From a virus: 64,000 nucleotides of DNA. Where the stretch lies: IMG/VR virus record IMGVR_UViG_3300027736_000026, positions 55,675-119,674 of that record. One strand, written 5' to 3'. The notes beneath the pieces were generated by a model. It worked only from the letters and a program-made list of their open reading frames with translations, did not search any database and had not been told where the DNA came from. The translations under genes and the position numbers were made by a program. The stretch's first letter is position 1; each line of letters opens with the position of its first letter. This document shows positions 1 through 9,271 of this stretch, one piece after another.

Positions 1-136
1 TTCTTAAAAAGTCGTAATTAGAAGTCTGAGCAACTAATTTAAGTCTAGTCTTGTGTCTTTGGTCAATTTCAAAGACAGGCATTCTAAGTCCGTGAAGGCC
101 AAGTTCGTATTTTTGAAAGTCTTTTGAAAAGTTCAT
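1..136 (-). CDS. dnaE: DNA polymerase III alpha (DnaE-like) catalytic core, N-terminal part only; gene runs off the window
   Basis: Manual translation from ATG at 136: MNFSKDFQKYELGLHGLRMPVFEIDQRHKTRLKLVAQTSNYDFLR, open to the edge. It resembles the post-PHP 'LP.F' linker of DnaE. ATGA overlap with the upstream exonuclease, and a stand-alone PHP gene lies two genes upstream. Confidence 0.6.
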   Translation of the reverse strand, partial: MNFSKDFQKYELGLHGLRMPVFEIDQRHKTRLKLVAQTSNYDFLR

Positions 137-771
137 ACTGCGATTTGGAATTTCAGTCTGTTCCATACTTTAATGTTTAAATGTAAATCGTTAAGTGCGT
201 CGTGAAGAGTCTCGTAATCGTGTTCTATGCTATATTCTTTTCCAAGGCTTGTAAGGTTAGTTTTCACTCCTTTTCTTCTTTCGTTCAGTACTCTATACTG
301 GTACTCAATTAAGCTCATTTCTTGAGAGTAAGGGATTTCATATTTAACTCCCTTCGCTAGACAATTAGTATCTATAACTTTACTCACTAAGTGCTTCCAT
401 TCTTTCCCATACATTTCGTAATAATCTTTAATGAGATACATATCAAAGTTTAAGATATTGTGCCCGATTATATAATCACAATTTTCTAACCAATGTGCTA
501 TAGTTTTAATAGCTTCGCTAGAATGGATAGCAATTTTATTATATTTGTACTGATCGAAACGAGTAATTTGGGCAGCTTCTTTGCTAACATTAATAGGCTT
601 ATCCCATTTAATATAAATATCAGAAGTTTCTAAGACCTCATTTCCTTTAACTTTGATCATGCCGCATTGCCAAGGGCGATTATTTATAAAGCTAAGGCAT
701 AAATTCTCGGTCTCTAAGTCTATAAAAGTATAGACTTTATCTTTATCATAACGAAGAAGATTTTCCATCAT
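133..771 (-). CDS. DEDDh 3'-5' exonuclease (DnaQ/Pol III epsilon-like)
   Basis: ExoI IDLETE, ExoII GHNILNFD, VIDT, ExoIII LHDALND. Confidence 0.9.
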   Translation of the reverse strand: MMENLLRYDKDKVYTFIDLETENLCLSFINNRPWQCGMIKVKGNEVLETSDIYIKWDKPINVSKEAAQITRFDQYKYNKIAIHSSEAIKTIAHWLENCDYIIGHNILNFDMYLIKDYYEMYGKEWKHLVSKVIDTNCLAKGVKYEIPYSQEMSLIEYQYRVLNERRKGVKTNLTSLGKEYSIEHDYETLHDALNDLHLNIKVWNRLKFQIAV

Positions 772-1529
772 ATAGAATTAACCTCCTTCCAGCTTTCGAA
801 ACTAAATTCAGCGCTGCACATGTGTTCTAAATTCGGCTTGTTAAGGGTAGTTCTGTTATTAATGCATCTAAAAGTCATGTAGGCTTTAAAGTCTTCTCTT
901 GTCTCGTAATAAATACTTTTGCTGGCAACTGTCTCATATTGATCAGCGCAGAATTTGATTACTTTTTGCCTTACTATCTGATCAAATGGAAGATCATTAT
1001 CTTCAGTAAAAAAAGTAGGCTTTGTGAACTTCAACTCTGGGCAGCACAAGGAGTAAGACATTGTATTTTTGAATAAAAAAGAGTCATAGAATGGGACGCA
1101 TAATTTTAGGCTAGCTTCATCCCACTCTTGTGTCAAGGTCTTTTCGTCTATTCTTGGTGTATAATAAAAACCATCTGTCGCGGCGATACTAAATATCTTA
1201 ATGAGTTTCTTGTATCCATTGCCATTTTTAGCGAAGATGATAATTTTACTGGACTTTTTCAAAGACTCGTCAGTCTTTTCATTGATATCAGGGCATAGCT
1301 CTAATCTAAGTCCGTAATAGAATGGAACCTTAATAGAGTTAAAGTTTTTAAAAGCGTCAAGAAAAGAACTCATATTCTCTTCTACAAGGAAAACTTGGTC
1401 CAGTTTGTTTTCTTTAACGATGTCTACGATAGAAGAGGAGCCTTCTTTAGAAGAAGATCCGGCCTTATCTAGGGTTAATATTGATTTGCCGATGCTATAA
1501 TGGCTTTTAAAAAGAGGTAATATTTTCAT
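768..1529 (-). CDS. Stand-alone PHP domain of DNA polymerase III alpha, probably catalytically inactive
   Basis: KSHYSIGKS start, YYGLRLEL, IIIFAKNGNGYKKLIKI, GFYYTPRID all match the DnaE PHP domain; metal-binding His/Asp positions are substituted. Confidence 0.85.
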   Translation of the reverse strand: MKILPLFKSHYSIGKSILTLDKAGSSSKEGSSSIVDIVKENKLDQVFLVEENMSSFLDAFKNFNSIKVPFYYGLRLELCPDINEKTDESLKKSSKIIIFAKNGNGYKKLIKIFSIAATDGFYYTPRIDEKTLTQEWDEASLKLCVPFYDSFLFKNTMSYSLCCPELKFTKPTFFTEDNDLPFDQIVRQKVIKFCADQYETVASKSIYYETREDFKAYMTFRCINNRTTLNKPNLEHMCSAEFSFESWKEVNSI

Positions 1530-1538
1530 AAATAAGAG

Positions 1539-2465
1539 TTATTTCCATCTGGGGCAACCTTCATACTTAAATTTTTTGATCACTTGAAAATCGTCTTTCT
1601 TTGCTGCTTTTGCTTCTTCTGCTGTGAAAAAGCTTTTTACAAATTTGTCGTTCTTGTCGTAAATAGAATAAAACCACATCTCATTCTTAAAGGGACAAAC
1701 CCAAGTAGCTCCTGCCTGACATAGCCATCTGCTCTTTAAGTCATCTGCGGCAAAGTTTTGTTTTGCATCTTGTTCAGAGAAGTTGCTGACTTTACCGTAA
1801 ACATGCTTAAGGTAAACCTCAAATCCTGACAATTCATCATCTGTAAATTTTACCGGCTGCACTGGTGCTTTAGGAAATCTGAGAAATATAAACTCTACTT
1901 CTGGCTCGTACTCAGGCCAATAAATTTTAGAAGCGATAGAATATAGCATCGCCTGTACATTGGCTGTCAACTCTTCTCCCTTGAATTTTGCTTTGCTAGA
2001 CTTGTAATCTCTAATCTTACTCTTCTTTTCTTCCTTATAAAGAATTGGGAGATCAATAAATCCTCTGGCCTTATAGCCGTCTCTTTCGATTTTGAATTCG
2101 AACTCTGGGTTTTGAATGTCGCCGCCCTTTGGAAAGAAGTCGCTCTTAAGGCCGACAAGAATCATTTTATTGATTAACGCTATGTCTTCAAGATTGTTGA
2201 TCCCTTCTCTCGTAGCGTGTTTTATTACTAACCTGCCTACTGGAGCGCAAGAGAGAGGATCGCCAGAGGCAATGATTTCCTCATAAAGCTCTTTATGGCG
2301 AGGGTTAAGAAGCAACTCAAATACTAAGTGACAAATTGTACCGCGCTTTGCTCCTGAATTAGACTTCTCGGGAATGTTTAAATGATACTTACAATAATAA
2401 GACCATGAACAAGTTTCAAGAGCTTTAATTCTGGACGCAGATAGGTAGACTTCTTTCTTATCCAT
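1539..2465 (-). CDS. PD-(D/E)XK exonuclease, Cas4/RecB/AddB-like
   Basis: LSASRI..CSWSYY, GTICH, E..F, GFIDL, IRDYKSS, QAMLY, C-terminal Cys residues. Confidence 0.85.
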   Translation of the reverse strand: MDKKEVYLSASRIKALETCSWSYYCKYHLNIPEKSNSGAKRGTICHLVFELLLNPRHKELYEEIIASGDPLSCAPVGRLVIKHATREGINNLEDIALINKMILVGLKSDFFPKGGDIQNPEFEFKIERDGYKARGFIDLPILYKEEKKSKIRDYKSSKAKFKGEELTANVQAMLYSIASKIYWPEYEPEVEFIFLRFPKAPVQPVKFTDDELSGFEVYLKHVYGKVSNFSEQDAKQNFAADDLKSRWLCQAGATWVCPFKNEMWFYSIYDKNDKFVKSFFTAEEAKAAKKDDFQVIKKFKYEGCPRWK

Positions 2466-3375
2466 TGAATTCCTTCATATATAAGTCTATCTCATTTTTG
2501 CCCATTAATCCAAAGTCTTTTTTAGTAGGGAGCTTTATCTTCACTTGGTTTTCGTCAAAGAACATTAATAGCTTAGAACGAGCTTTTTTGGCAGCTTCGT
2601 TGCCAGCAGAATTATTAAAAGAATCATTATTAAATGCGACAACCACTCGTTGGACAGAGTTTTCTAAAAGAAATTTTATTATTTTGGGAGAGATTGCCAA
2701 TCCAAAAGTGACAATGACATTCTTGTAACCAGCTTGCCATAAAGCCAGCATGTCTCCAATGCTTTCAATTAGGAATATCGTCTTGCTTTCAGAGATAGAA
2801 TCCTTCCCAAAGAGCGCTGGGTAAACCCACTCTTTTTTTGCTCCAAGATGTTTCCATTTTATGAAATCAGATCTATTTGAATCAATAAGCGATCTGCCGC
2901 TAAATCCTACAATTTTGCCAGAAGGATTGTAGATAGGAAAGACATAACGATTAATCATGTTTCCTTTCTTAGCTGTTCCTCCTTTGAACTCAGCTATGGT
3001 TTCTTCTTTGATTCCTCTTTTGAACCAATAAGAGTGATCTTTTACAAGACCATCGAGCATTGACTCATTATAAATCTTTACTTGACTGATAATTGTTTTG
3101 TCTGGATTAGATACAATTCCTGTGAAATTGAACTTCTCAGCAAGCATCTTATCTGCATGAGATAGATCGTTTAGATTAAGCGTGATTTGAACTAATTCAC
3201 TTAACCTACCCCCTTTGCATAATTTGTAGTCATACCAGTAACCAGTGTTTTTATTTATGGCTAAGACGGTATCATTATCAGAGCTTCTATAAATTGGACG
3301 AGTTCTATACCAACTGCCAAAATCTTTAAGGTTTTGATAACCGATGTTGTTAAGTATTTCTTTTATATCGCTCAT
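2458..3375 (-). CDS. dnaG: DNA primase (DnaG-like TOPRIM)
   Basis: RYVFPIYNPSGKIVGFSGR, LIESIGDMLAL, FNND, KDFG; adjacent to the helicase. Confidence 0.85.
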   Translation of the reverse strand: MSDIKEILNNIGYQNLKDFGSWYRTRPIYRSSDNDTVLAINKNTGYWYDYKLCKGGRLSELVQITLNLNDLSHADKMLAEKFNFTGIVSNPDKTIISQVKIYNESMLDGLVKDHSYWFKRGIKEETIAEFKGGTAKKGNMINRYVFPIYNPSGKIVGFSGRSLIDSNRSDFIKWKHLGAKKEWVYPALFGKDSISESKTIFLIESIGDMLALWQAGYKNVIVTFGLAISPKIIKFLLENSVQRVVVAFNNDSFNNSAGNEAAKKARSKLLMFFDENQVKIKLPTKKDFGLMGKNEIDLYMKEFNG

Positions 3376-4856
3376 AACAAAGAACCATCATTGGGATTGG
3401 CATCATTCAATAAAAATGTCTGGCGCTCTCTCTCAATAATGTTAGCCAAGGAACCCCTCTCTTCTACGCTGAAATTACTAATCTGAAAGTTGATAAAGTT
3501 TTGAACATATTTTTCATCGCCATGATCATTTCTCCTTCTCATAAGATCCTGATGTCCAGCAGCATCTTTGCCTTGGAAGCGGCTCTTTAAAGTTATCAAT
3601 TTATGTGTGCCGAAGTCTGGCGTATCGCGCTCTATTTCGTCAAGAGTTTTTCTTCGGAAAATCGCAACATAGCTGGCAAACCATTGAAGCCGATCAGACA
3701 AGGCGATTGCGGAACTATCATCGGTTACGTCTCCAGCATTTCTATTGAAATTTTCACCAGATCTATTCATTTGCATTGCAGTGAATAGAGGGGCATTAAT
3801 TTCTTCTGAAATCTTTTTAAGTTTATCTATCTTTTCGCCAATGGCTTGATGCTCTGCCCAGTTTTGGCCGACCTTTTCTCCGGTAAGTTTGACGTAGTCA
3901 TAACAAATAAGAGCAGGATTCCCTCTTCCAACTTTACTGTAATACCATCTACGGATAAAAGATATAATTTCGTCAATTCCTTTATTGCCAACACAATGAT
4001 GAGTATAGTTATATTTGCTAAACTCTTTTAAGAAAGCTCTGATTTTGAAAACCATCTCAGGATCTTTACGCCAGTTTCCCGTGTCAATATACCAGAAAGG
4101 TACTCCAGTTTTCGCTGCTGCAATACGGAGTTTCACATCTTGTGAAAACATTTCTGTATCAAGGTAAAGGACGCTAACCTTTTTATTCTTTAAATAAGCT
4201 CCAAGAGACATCTCAACCAAGAACGAGCTTTTGCCTTGACCGGGGCGACTGACGATTGCATAAACATTCCCATTTCTCAAGCCTCCATAAAGCCTTGCGA
4301 ACTCTGGATAGTGCAAATCTATGCCTGATTCTTCTTGAGGATTATTACCTTTTTCTTCTATAAATGCCTCTATGTCATCAAAGATATTTCTAATCTCTTC
4401 AGTAGCATCAAAAGAATTAATCTTTTCGCCATATATAGAGTCTACTTCAGCTATGATTTGATTGGCGTTTTTCTCAGGATTGGTAGAAACAGTTTCTATT
4501 ATTCTTTGCGCCATGCCTTTTATATCACGACGAATAGAAAACTGCTTTAACTCTTGAGCATATTTAATAGCAGAATCTTTATTTGAAACTATTAAAGAAA
4601 GACAATCGATATAATCATATATGTCAAGATCCTCTTGGAAAGAAATGCCAAGATTCTGAATTTTCTGAGCCAGAATGACTTTATCTATTTTTTCTTTAGC
4701 GTTGCATATCTGGCGAATTATCGAATATATTGTTCCGTTTACATCGTTTGTAAAATCAATCTCTGATATAAAGTGATCTATATCGTAGAATGATTCTGAG
4801 TTTTTAATGAGCGAACCAAGCAAGGATTGCTCTACCTTAATAGAGGAAAGTTTCAT
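3372..4856 (-). CDS. dnaB: Replicative DNA helicase DnaB-like
   Basis: N-terminal EQSLLGSL, Walker A SRPGQGKS, LDTEM, YDYVKL, AMQMNR, KSRF. Confidence 0.92.
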   Translation of the reverse strand: MKLSSIKVEQSLLGSLIKNSESFYDIDHFISEIDFTNDVNGTIYSIIRQICNAKEKIDKVILAQKIQNLGISFQEDLDIYDYIDCLSLIVSNKDSAIKYAQELKQFSIRRDIKGMAQRIIETVSTNPEKNANQIIAEVDSIYGEKINSFDATEEIRNIFDDIEAFIEEKGNNPQEESGIDLHYPEFARLYGGLRNGNVYAIVSRPGQGKSSFLVEMSLGAYLKNKKVSVLYLDTEMFSQDVKLRIAAAKTGVPFWYIDTGNWRKDPEMVFKIRAFLKEFSKYNYTHHCVGNKGIDEIISFIRRWYYSKVGRGNPALICYDYVKLTGEKVGQNWAEHQAIGEKIDKLKKISEEINAPLFTAMQMNRSGENFNRNAGDVTDDSSAIALSDRLQWFASYVAIFRRKTLDEIERDTPDFGTHKLITLKSRFQGKDAAGHQDLMRRRNDHGDEKYVQNFINFQISNFSVEERGSLANIIERERQTFLLNDANPNDGSLL

Positions 4857-4872
4857 TTAACTAAAAAAAGAG

Positions 4873-5157
4873 TTACTTACTAGCAGGACCGTCTTCATTA
4901 TCATCGTCTTCATCATCTTCTTTATCAGCAGCGATAATGTTATGGATCGTGTTTTCTAAATTGATTTGTTCAACAGCACTAAGCCAATTATTAATATAAT
5001 AATGCATAGCCATTGCGTTCTGTGCATTATCGAATTTAGATCTCACTTCTGGCATTCCTTTTTTATCAAAGGTGAATAATAAAAACCCTCCTTGAGAGCA
5101 TTCATCTATTTGAGATAGAATACTGTCTGGAAACTGGAATTCTTTATTTTTTGCCAC
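4873..5157 (-). CDS. Hypothetical protein with acidic C-terminal tail
   Basis: Fills the gap in the replication operon; GTG start; DKEDDEDDDNED tail. Confidence 0.7.
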   Translation of the reverse strand: MAKNKEFQFPDSILSQIDECSQGGFLLFTFDKKGMPEVRSKFDNAQNAMAMHYYINNWLSAVEQINLENTIHNIIAADKEDDEDDDNEDGPASK

Positions 5158-5165
5158 AGCTTATA

Positions 5166-5585
5166 TTACACCAGTGATATCTTGAATGTATGATATATAT
5201 AATCGTAGCTTAATTTATTTAAATCAGATGTCTCTAACTCTAATAGTTGAAAACCGTTCTTCTCTAACCATACAGATTTCTTATAGTCTCTTTTTATAGA
5301 GTTAAGATAATTCAATCTAGAATTGTTATGAAAGAATTTATTAAAAGAAGAATGCTGATCTCCATTAACTTCTATCGCTATTTTGCGGGAAATATTAATA
5401 AAGTCTACTTTCATTCTGCTTCCGAATACCGGGAACTCTTCATAACAGACATGAGTTTTCCAAAATGGCTTAAGAAACTGTTTAACTTGGAACTGAATCT
5501 TAGAGCGAGACTGTTTGTCCCAATCTATTAAAAATTGAGAAACATTTTTGTTAATTATCCTGCCGGTTACAGAATATAACTTCAT
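5166..5585 (-). CDS. Vsr/DUF559-like PD-(D/E)XK endonuclease
   Basis: EEFPV..MKVDF..IAIEVNGDQH..RDYKKSVWLEKNG. Confidence 0.75.
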   Translation of the reverse strand: MKLYSVTGRIINKNVSQFLIDWDKQSRSKIQFQVKQFLKPFWKTHVCYEEFPVFGSRMKVDFINISRKIAIEVNGDQHSSFNKFFHNNSRLNYLNSIKRDYKKSVWLEKNGFQLLELETSDLNKLSYDYIYHTFKISLV

Positions 5586-6733
5586 TTTGATTGGACAGCT
5601 TTTAGCTTGCCAAAAAGATACTTGGTAGCTTGTTCGTTTTCTTCAAGCCATTTTCTGAAATTCTCTCTTCCTTGGTGTTGCTTAGGCATTTCAATTCCAG
5701 CGTTCTTAAGCTCTTCGACTAAAGAATCGTCTACCGTAATCCAAGCCCCCTTTGCAACTACAAGATCCCACATGAGTAGGCAATCAAGAATCTCATACTC
5801 AACCCAGATGCCAGAAGGCTTTTTTCCAAATTTAATAGGATATTGGACGATGTTTTTGCGAGTAGCTTCGCTGGTAGATTTTTGGATCATTACTTTGGAA
5901 TACTTACCAATCGATTTAGTCTTGCCATCATTCATCTTCCCTGCTGGGTTGTCAAGAATATAGTCGCCCATCGCTGTCGTGCTATACTCTAGGATAAAGT
6001 CAGCCCAATGCAATAATGCATTTCCGCCGCTAAACATTCCTCCTCTTGGAGCATTTTTAGCATAGGGATCGATCTTAATTTCAGAAGTGATCTGGCTAAC
6101 TGCGATCATTAGATGACCATGCTTAAACATACCAATACTTAGTGATTGCAGGAGCTTCTTGCTGATGACTTGAGTTCCGGCGACCTTGCTCGCGTCTGCT
6201 GGGCTTGTGTCCTTATCTCTCTTTAAGATAAGACCGTCCATAGAATCAATAACAAAACAATAACGATTATCTTCTTCATTATTAAGGACAAGATCTTTAA
6301 TAACGTCAATTACTAAATCATAAACATTAGATTCAAGGATAAACACTGAGCCGTCAGTCCATTCTGATGCATCGGTGACGAACTTGATCCCGCAGCGTTC
6401 TCTGTTTTCCTTAGAGAGACGACCCTCTGCTAAGACCCAGACTACTCTACTTTTCGGGATTTCTAAAAGAAAATTTCTGCAAATTTCTATCGCTTGGGGT
6501 GTTTTGCCTTCATTATTTGGTCCACAAAGACGGATAAGAGAAGGGGTGATGCCTCCACCTACCGCAGCATCTAAAAGCAAGCTCCCAGTAGAGATCTTCC
6601 AAGTCACTGCTTCTTCAAAATTAAAGTGATCATCTTTGTGATCTTTGTGATTAAGAATAGATTGGAGTCTGCTTGAAGCTCCAATGCTTGAGTTTTTTTC
6701 TTCAGGTTGCTGTTGTTTCGGGGGCTTTGCCAT
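5582..6733 (-). CDS. RecA/UvsX-like recombinase
   Basis: ISTGSLLLDAAVGGG, GPNNEGKT P-loop, VIDSMDGL, VSQI, SGGNALLHWAD, KGAW. Confidence 0.88.
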   Translation of the reverse strand: MAKPPKQQQPEEKNSSIGASSRLQSILNHKDHKDDHFNFEEAVTWKISTGSLLLDAAVGGGITPSLIRLCGPNNEGKTPQAIEICRNFLLEIPKSRVVWVLAEGRLSKENRERCGIKFVTDASEWTDGSVFILESNVYDLVIDVIKDLVLNNEEDNRYCFVIDSMDGLILKRDKDTSPADASKVAGTQVISKKLLQSLSIGMFKHGHLMIAVSQITSEIKIDPYAKNAPRGGMFSGGNALLHWADFILEYSTTAMGDYILDNPAGKMNDGKTKSIGKYSKVMIQKSTSEATRKNIVQYPIKFGKKPSGIWVEYEILDCLLMWDLVVAKGAWITVDDSLVEELKNAGIEMPKQHQGRENFRKWLEENEQATKYLFGKLKAVQSK

Positions 6734-7094
6734 GATTAAGAAATTCTTTTAAAGTTCTGGGCTTTTTGACGATAGGAATGTCTTCGCCCACTTTGCTGTC
6801 CTCTTGATTATAGCTGGTCGCGACCTTTGAGTCAAAGCTTTCTTTCAGCTTTTCTTTCGACTCCTTGAGGTCTTTCCGTTGAAGGAAAAGGGAATATCTG
6901 TCTTTTAGTATTGTTAAGTTCTTTTTAGACCGAAAAAATCCAAGATTAGAAACTGTTGGGTGCGGCTCAAGCCATTCCCAAAACCCATGCTCAGGGAAAA
7001 TTTTTAAAAGCGCCGTAGCAGCCTTCATATCCCTAGCCCAGTTTCTTTCGTTTTCCCTGACAAATTTTTCTACAATTGTTTGTTGAATGGACAT
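6702..7094 (-). CDS. Hypothetical protein
   Basis: Co-oriented ORF coupled to its neighbours. Confidence 0.65.
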   Translation of the reverse strand: MSIQQTIVEKFVRENERNWARDMKAATALLKIFPEHGFWEWLEPHPTVSNLGFFRSKKNLTILKDRYSLFLQRKDLKESKEKLKESFDSKVATSYNQEDSKVGEDIPIVKKPRTLKEFLNHGKAPETTAT

Positions 7095-8146
7095 TAAGTT
7101 TGATTCAGATCAGAAATTACCATGTCTTTTACTAATTGATGAAAAGACCATTTTGGCCTCCATCCTAATTCTAGGCGAGCTTTGGAAGAGTCTCCAAGTA
7201 AAAGCTCTACCTCTGCTGGGCGAAAGAATTTTGGATCAATTTTAACCAGAACAGAGGAGTTGACTTCGTTCTTGATGGCGTATTCAGTCGAGAAGGAATA
7301 TTCTTCACTCGTCCCATGACCATGCCAAAACCCTTCTACACCAACTTCTTTAAATGCTAGCTCAACGAATTCTCTAATCGTATGAGCTTCATTACTAGAA
7401 AGGACATACTCATTTGGATGTTCTTGGTTAAGCATCTTCCATACTCCATCAACGAAATCAATAGCATGACTCCAGTCTCTTTTTGCGTCAACATTACCTA
7501 GATGAATAGGTTCGAAAGAATCTCCATTTTTAATAGCTTTAAATATCTTTGCTACTCCTTTAGTAATTTTTCGCGTAACAAATTCTTCTCCTCTTCTTGG
7601 GGATTCGTGATTAAAAAGTTGGCCTTGAATGGCAAACAAATTATATGATTCTCGATACACCTTCATAATGTGCCTTGCGGCGCATTTTGCTGCTCCATAA
7701 GGAGACCTTGGGGAAAGCGGATGCTTCTCGTCTTGAGGTATATACTTGACATCTCCAAACTCTTCTGAGCTTCCAGCGTTGTAAAATCTGCACTTAGGAG
7801 AGTGCTTTCGCACGGCCTCAAGACATCTTAGCACTCCCATTGCGTCAACGTCAAATGTTTGTTCAGGAATTTGCCAGCTTGAGCCAACAAAAGATTGAGC
7901 CGCGAAATTAATAAAGTAATCGGGCTTTACGTCCCTTACTACATTATCAATAGATTGAGAATCTGAGAGATCAATAGTGACAAGACTGAATCTTTTATTA
8001 TCTAAGTGATTAGAAAAATTAGAATAGTTTGGCTTAGAGAGTCTTCTCACTGCGCCAAAAATATTATAATTAGTATTCTCAAGTAAATAATCTGCCATGT
8101 AAGATCCATCTTGCCCAGAAATTCCTGTGATTATTACGTTTTTCAT
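7094..8146 (-). CDS. gmd: GDP-mannose 4,6-dehydratase
   Basis: ITGISGQDGSY, AAQSFV, GSSEEFG, PRSPYGAAK, FNHESPRRGEEFVTRKIT, RDWSHA, FRPAEV. Confidence 0.96.
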   Translation of the reverse strand: MKNVIITGISGQDGSYMADYLLENTNYNIFGAVRRLSKPNYSNFSNHLDNKRFSLVTIDLSDSQSIDNVVRDVKPDYFINFAAQSFVGSSWQIPEQTFDVDAMGVLRCLEAVRKHSPKCRFYNAGSSEEFGDVKYIPQDEKHPLSPRSPYGAAKCAARHIMKVYRESYNLFAIQGQLFNHESPRRGEEFVTRKITKGVAKIFKAIKNGDSFEPIHLGNVDAKRDWSHAIDFVDGVWKMLNQEHPNEYVLSSNEAHTIREFVELAFKEVGVEGFWHGHGTSEEYSFSTEYAIKNEVNSSVLVKIDPKFFRPAEVELLLGDSSKARLELGWRPKWSFHQLVKDMVISDLNQT

Positions 8147-8481
8147 GTTTTGAATTCGGTTATTCTATTAGAAAAAAATTTGTTTTGTAAATTAATCTTC
8201 ATTTGATACCTTACAAAATTAGTTTTATCTAATTCTTTTGATGTAATTTTATTATTTCTAGCAAGCTCAACAGCATCAAAAGTTTTTTTATTAGCATCGA
8301 CCATGTCTCTATACTCTTGCGAATTGATTATTAAAGCGAATAAATTGTTTGGTAATTGAGCTTTTAAATAATTAAAACAATTATGCCAACTTTGCATAGC
8401 TTGATCGGAGTGATTCTTTTTTATCTCAAGTATGCTTAAAAAATCAAAAGCATATGCTTCATCTACGCAAATATTAATCAT
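8143..8481 (-). CDS. Hypothetical protein of the glycosylation cluster
   Basis: DFLSILEIK...N..R..K..L pattern; likely start MINICVD at 8481. Confidence 0.6.
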   Translation of the reverse strand: MINICVDEAYAFDFLSILEIKKNHSDQAMQSWHNCFNYLKAQLPNNLFALIINSQEYRDMVDANKKTFDAVELARNNKITSKELDKTNFVRYQMKINLQNKFFSNRITEFKT

Positions 8482-8482
8482 T

Positions 8483-9271
8483 TTACTTTTGTAGCTTTTC
8501 CCAATCAATAAATGGTGGGATAAAAGGATTCACAACATGACAACTCAAAGAGCGTATAGGGGTCCAAAATTCTGTATTGAACTTTTGTTTTATTTCGTGA
8601 CAAAGAGAACAATCGGAATATCCAGTTTTCCAATATGGGTTAAAATCTCTCATGAAAAGATTAGCAGGAACGATGCTTGAAGTTAAACAATTAGGGACAC
8701 TTCTCCAATGGCAGTAAGAACTTAATCTTATCTTGGAAGTTAAGTTTTTATACATTCCTAGATTAGTTCCATACTCGTCTATGGTTTCTTTTTCATCGAT
8801 AAAATAATATTTATCTCCATAATCGCATAAACAAACCCAAAAATTATCATGACCGATATAGTTTATAATGTAGTCTAATGCAATTTCAGTCCAATTGGGA
8901 ACATGCAAAAAATCGTCATCTACAATATAAACTAAATCTGTTGAAGATAAATTGTCATTATAAATGACTTCCGCTGCGGCAGCAATACTCCTACTCCAAG
9001 CTATGTCTTCATTTGTCTTTCCAATCCACCTTTCCCTATCTGTGTCTATAAATTTAACCTTAAAAGGGTATTGGGTTTCATATTTTTTTATAAAATAAGA
9101 ATCATAATCTTCTTCTTTTTCAAAAATAACTGTCAGGTCACAGTATTTAAAATTAGTTGTTTTTAAAAGATTAACAAAACAGTTTTCATAAGAGAACCAA
9201 TTTGGCCTTAAGTTGTTTTTTTTGTTTCTGCTAAAATGACGGTTGTATATTTTAATTTTATTATATCTCAT
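8483..9271 (-). CDS. Putative GT-A fold glycosyltransferase
   Basis: LVYIVDDDFLH DxD-like motif; cluster context. Confidence 0.55.
   Translation of the reverse strand: MRYNKIKIYNRHFSRNKKNNLRPNWFSYENCFVNLLKTTNFKYCDLTVIFEKEEDYDSYFIKKYETQYPFKVKFIDTDRERWIGKTNEDIAWSRSIAAAAEVIYNDNLSSTDLVYIVDDDFLHVPNWTEIALDYIINYIGHDNFWVCLCDYGDKYYFIDEKETIDEYGTNLGMYKNLTSKIRLSSYCHWRSVPNCLTSSIVPANLFMRDFNPYWKTGYSDCSLCHEIKQKFNTEFWTPIRSLSCHVVNPFIPPFIDWEKLQK

Noticed and set aside
1539-2465. Cas4-like gene as evidence of a CRISPR-Cas system
   Set aside because: No cas1/cas2 or array; it sits in the replication operon, as stand-alone phage nucleases of this family usually do.
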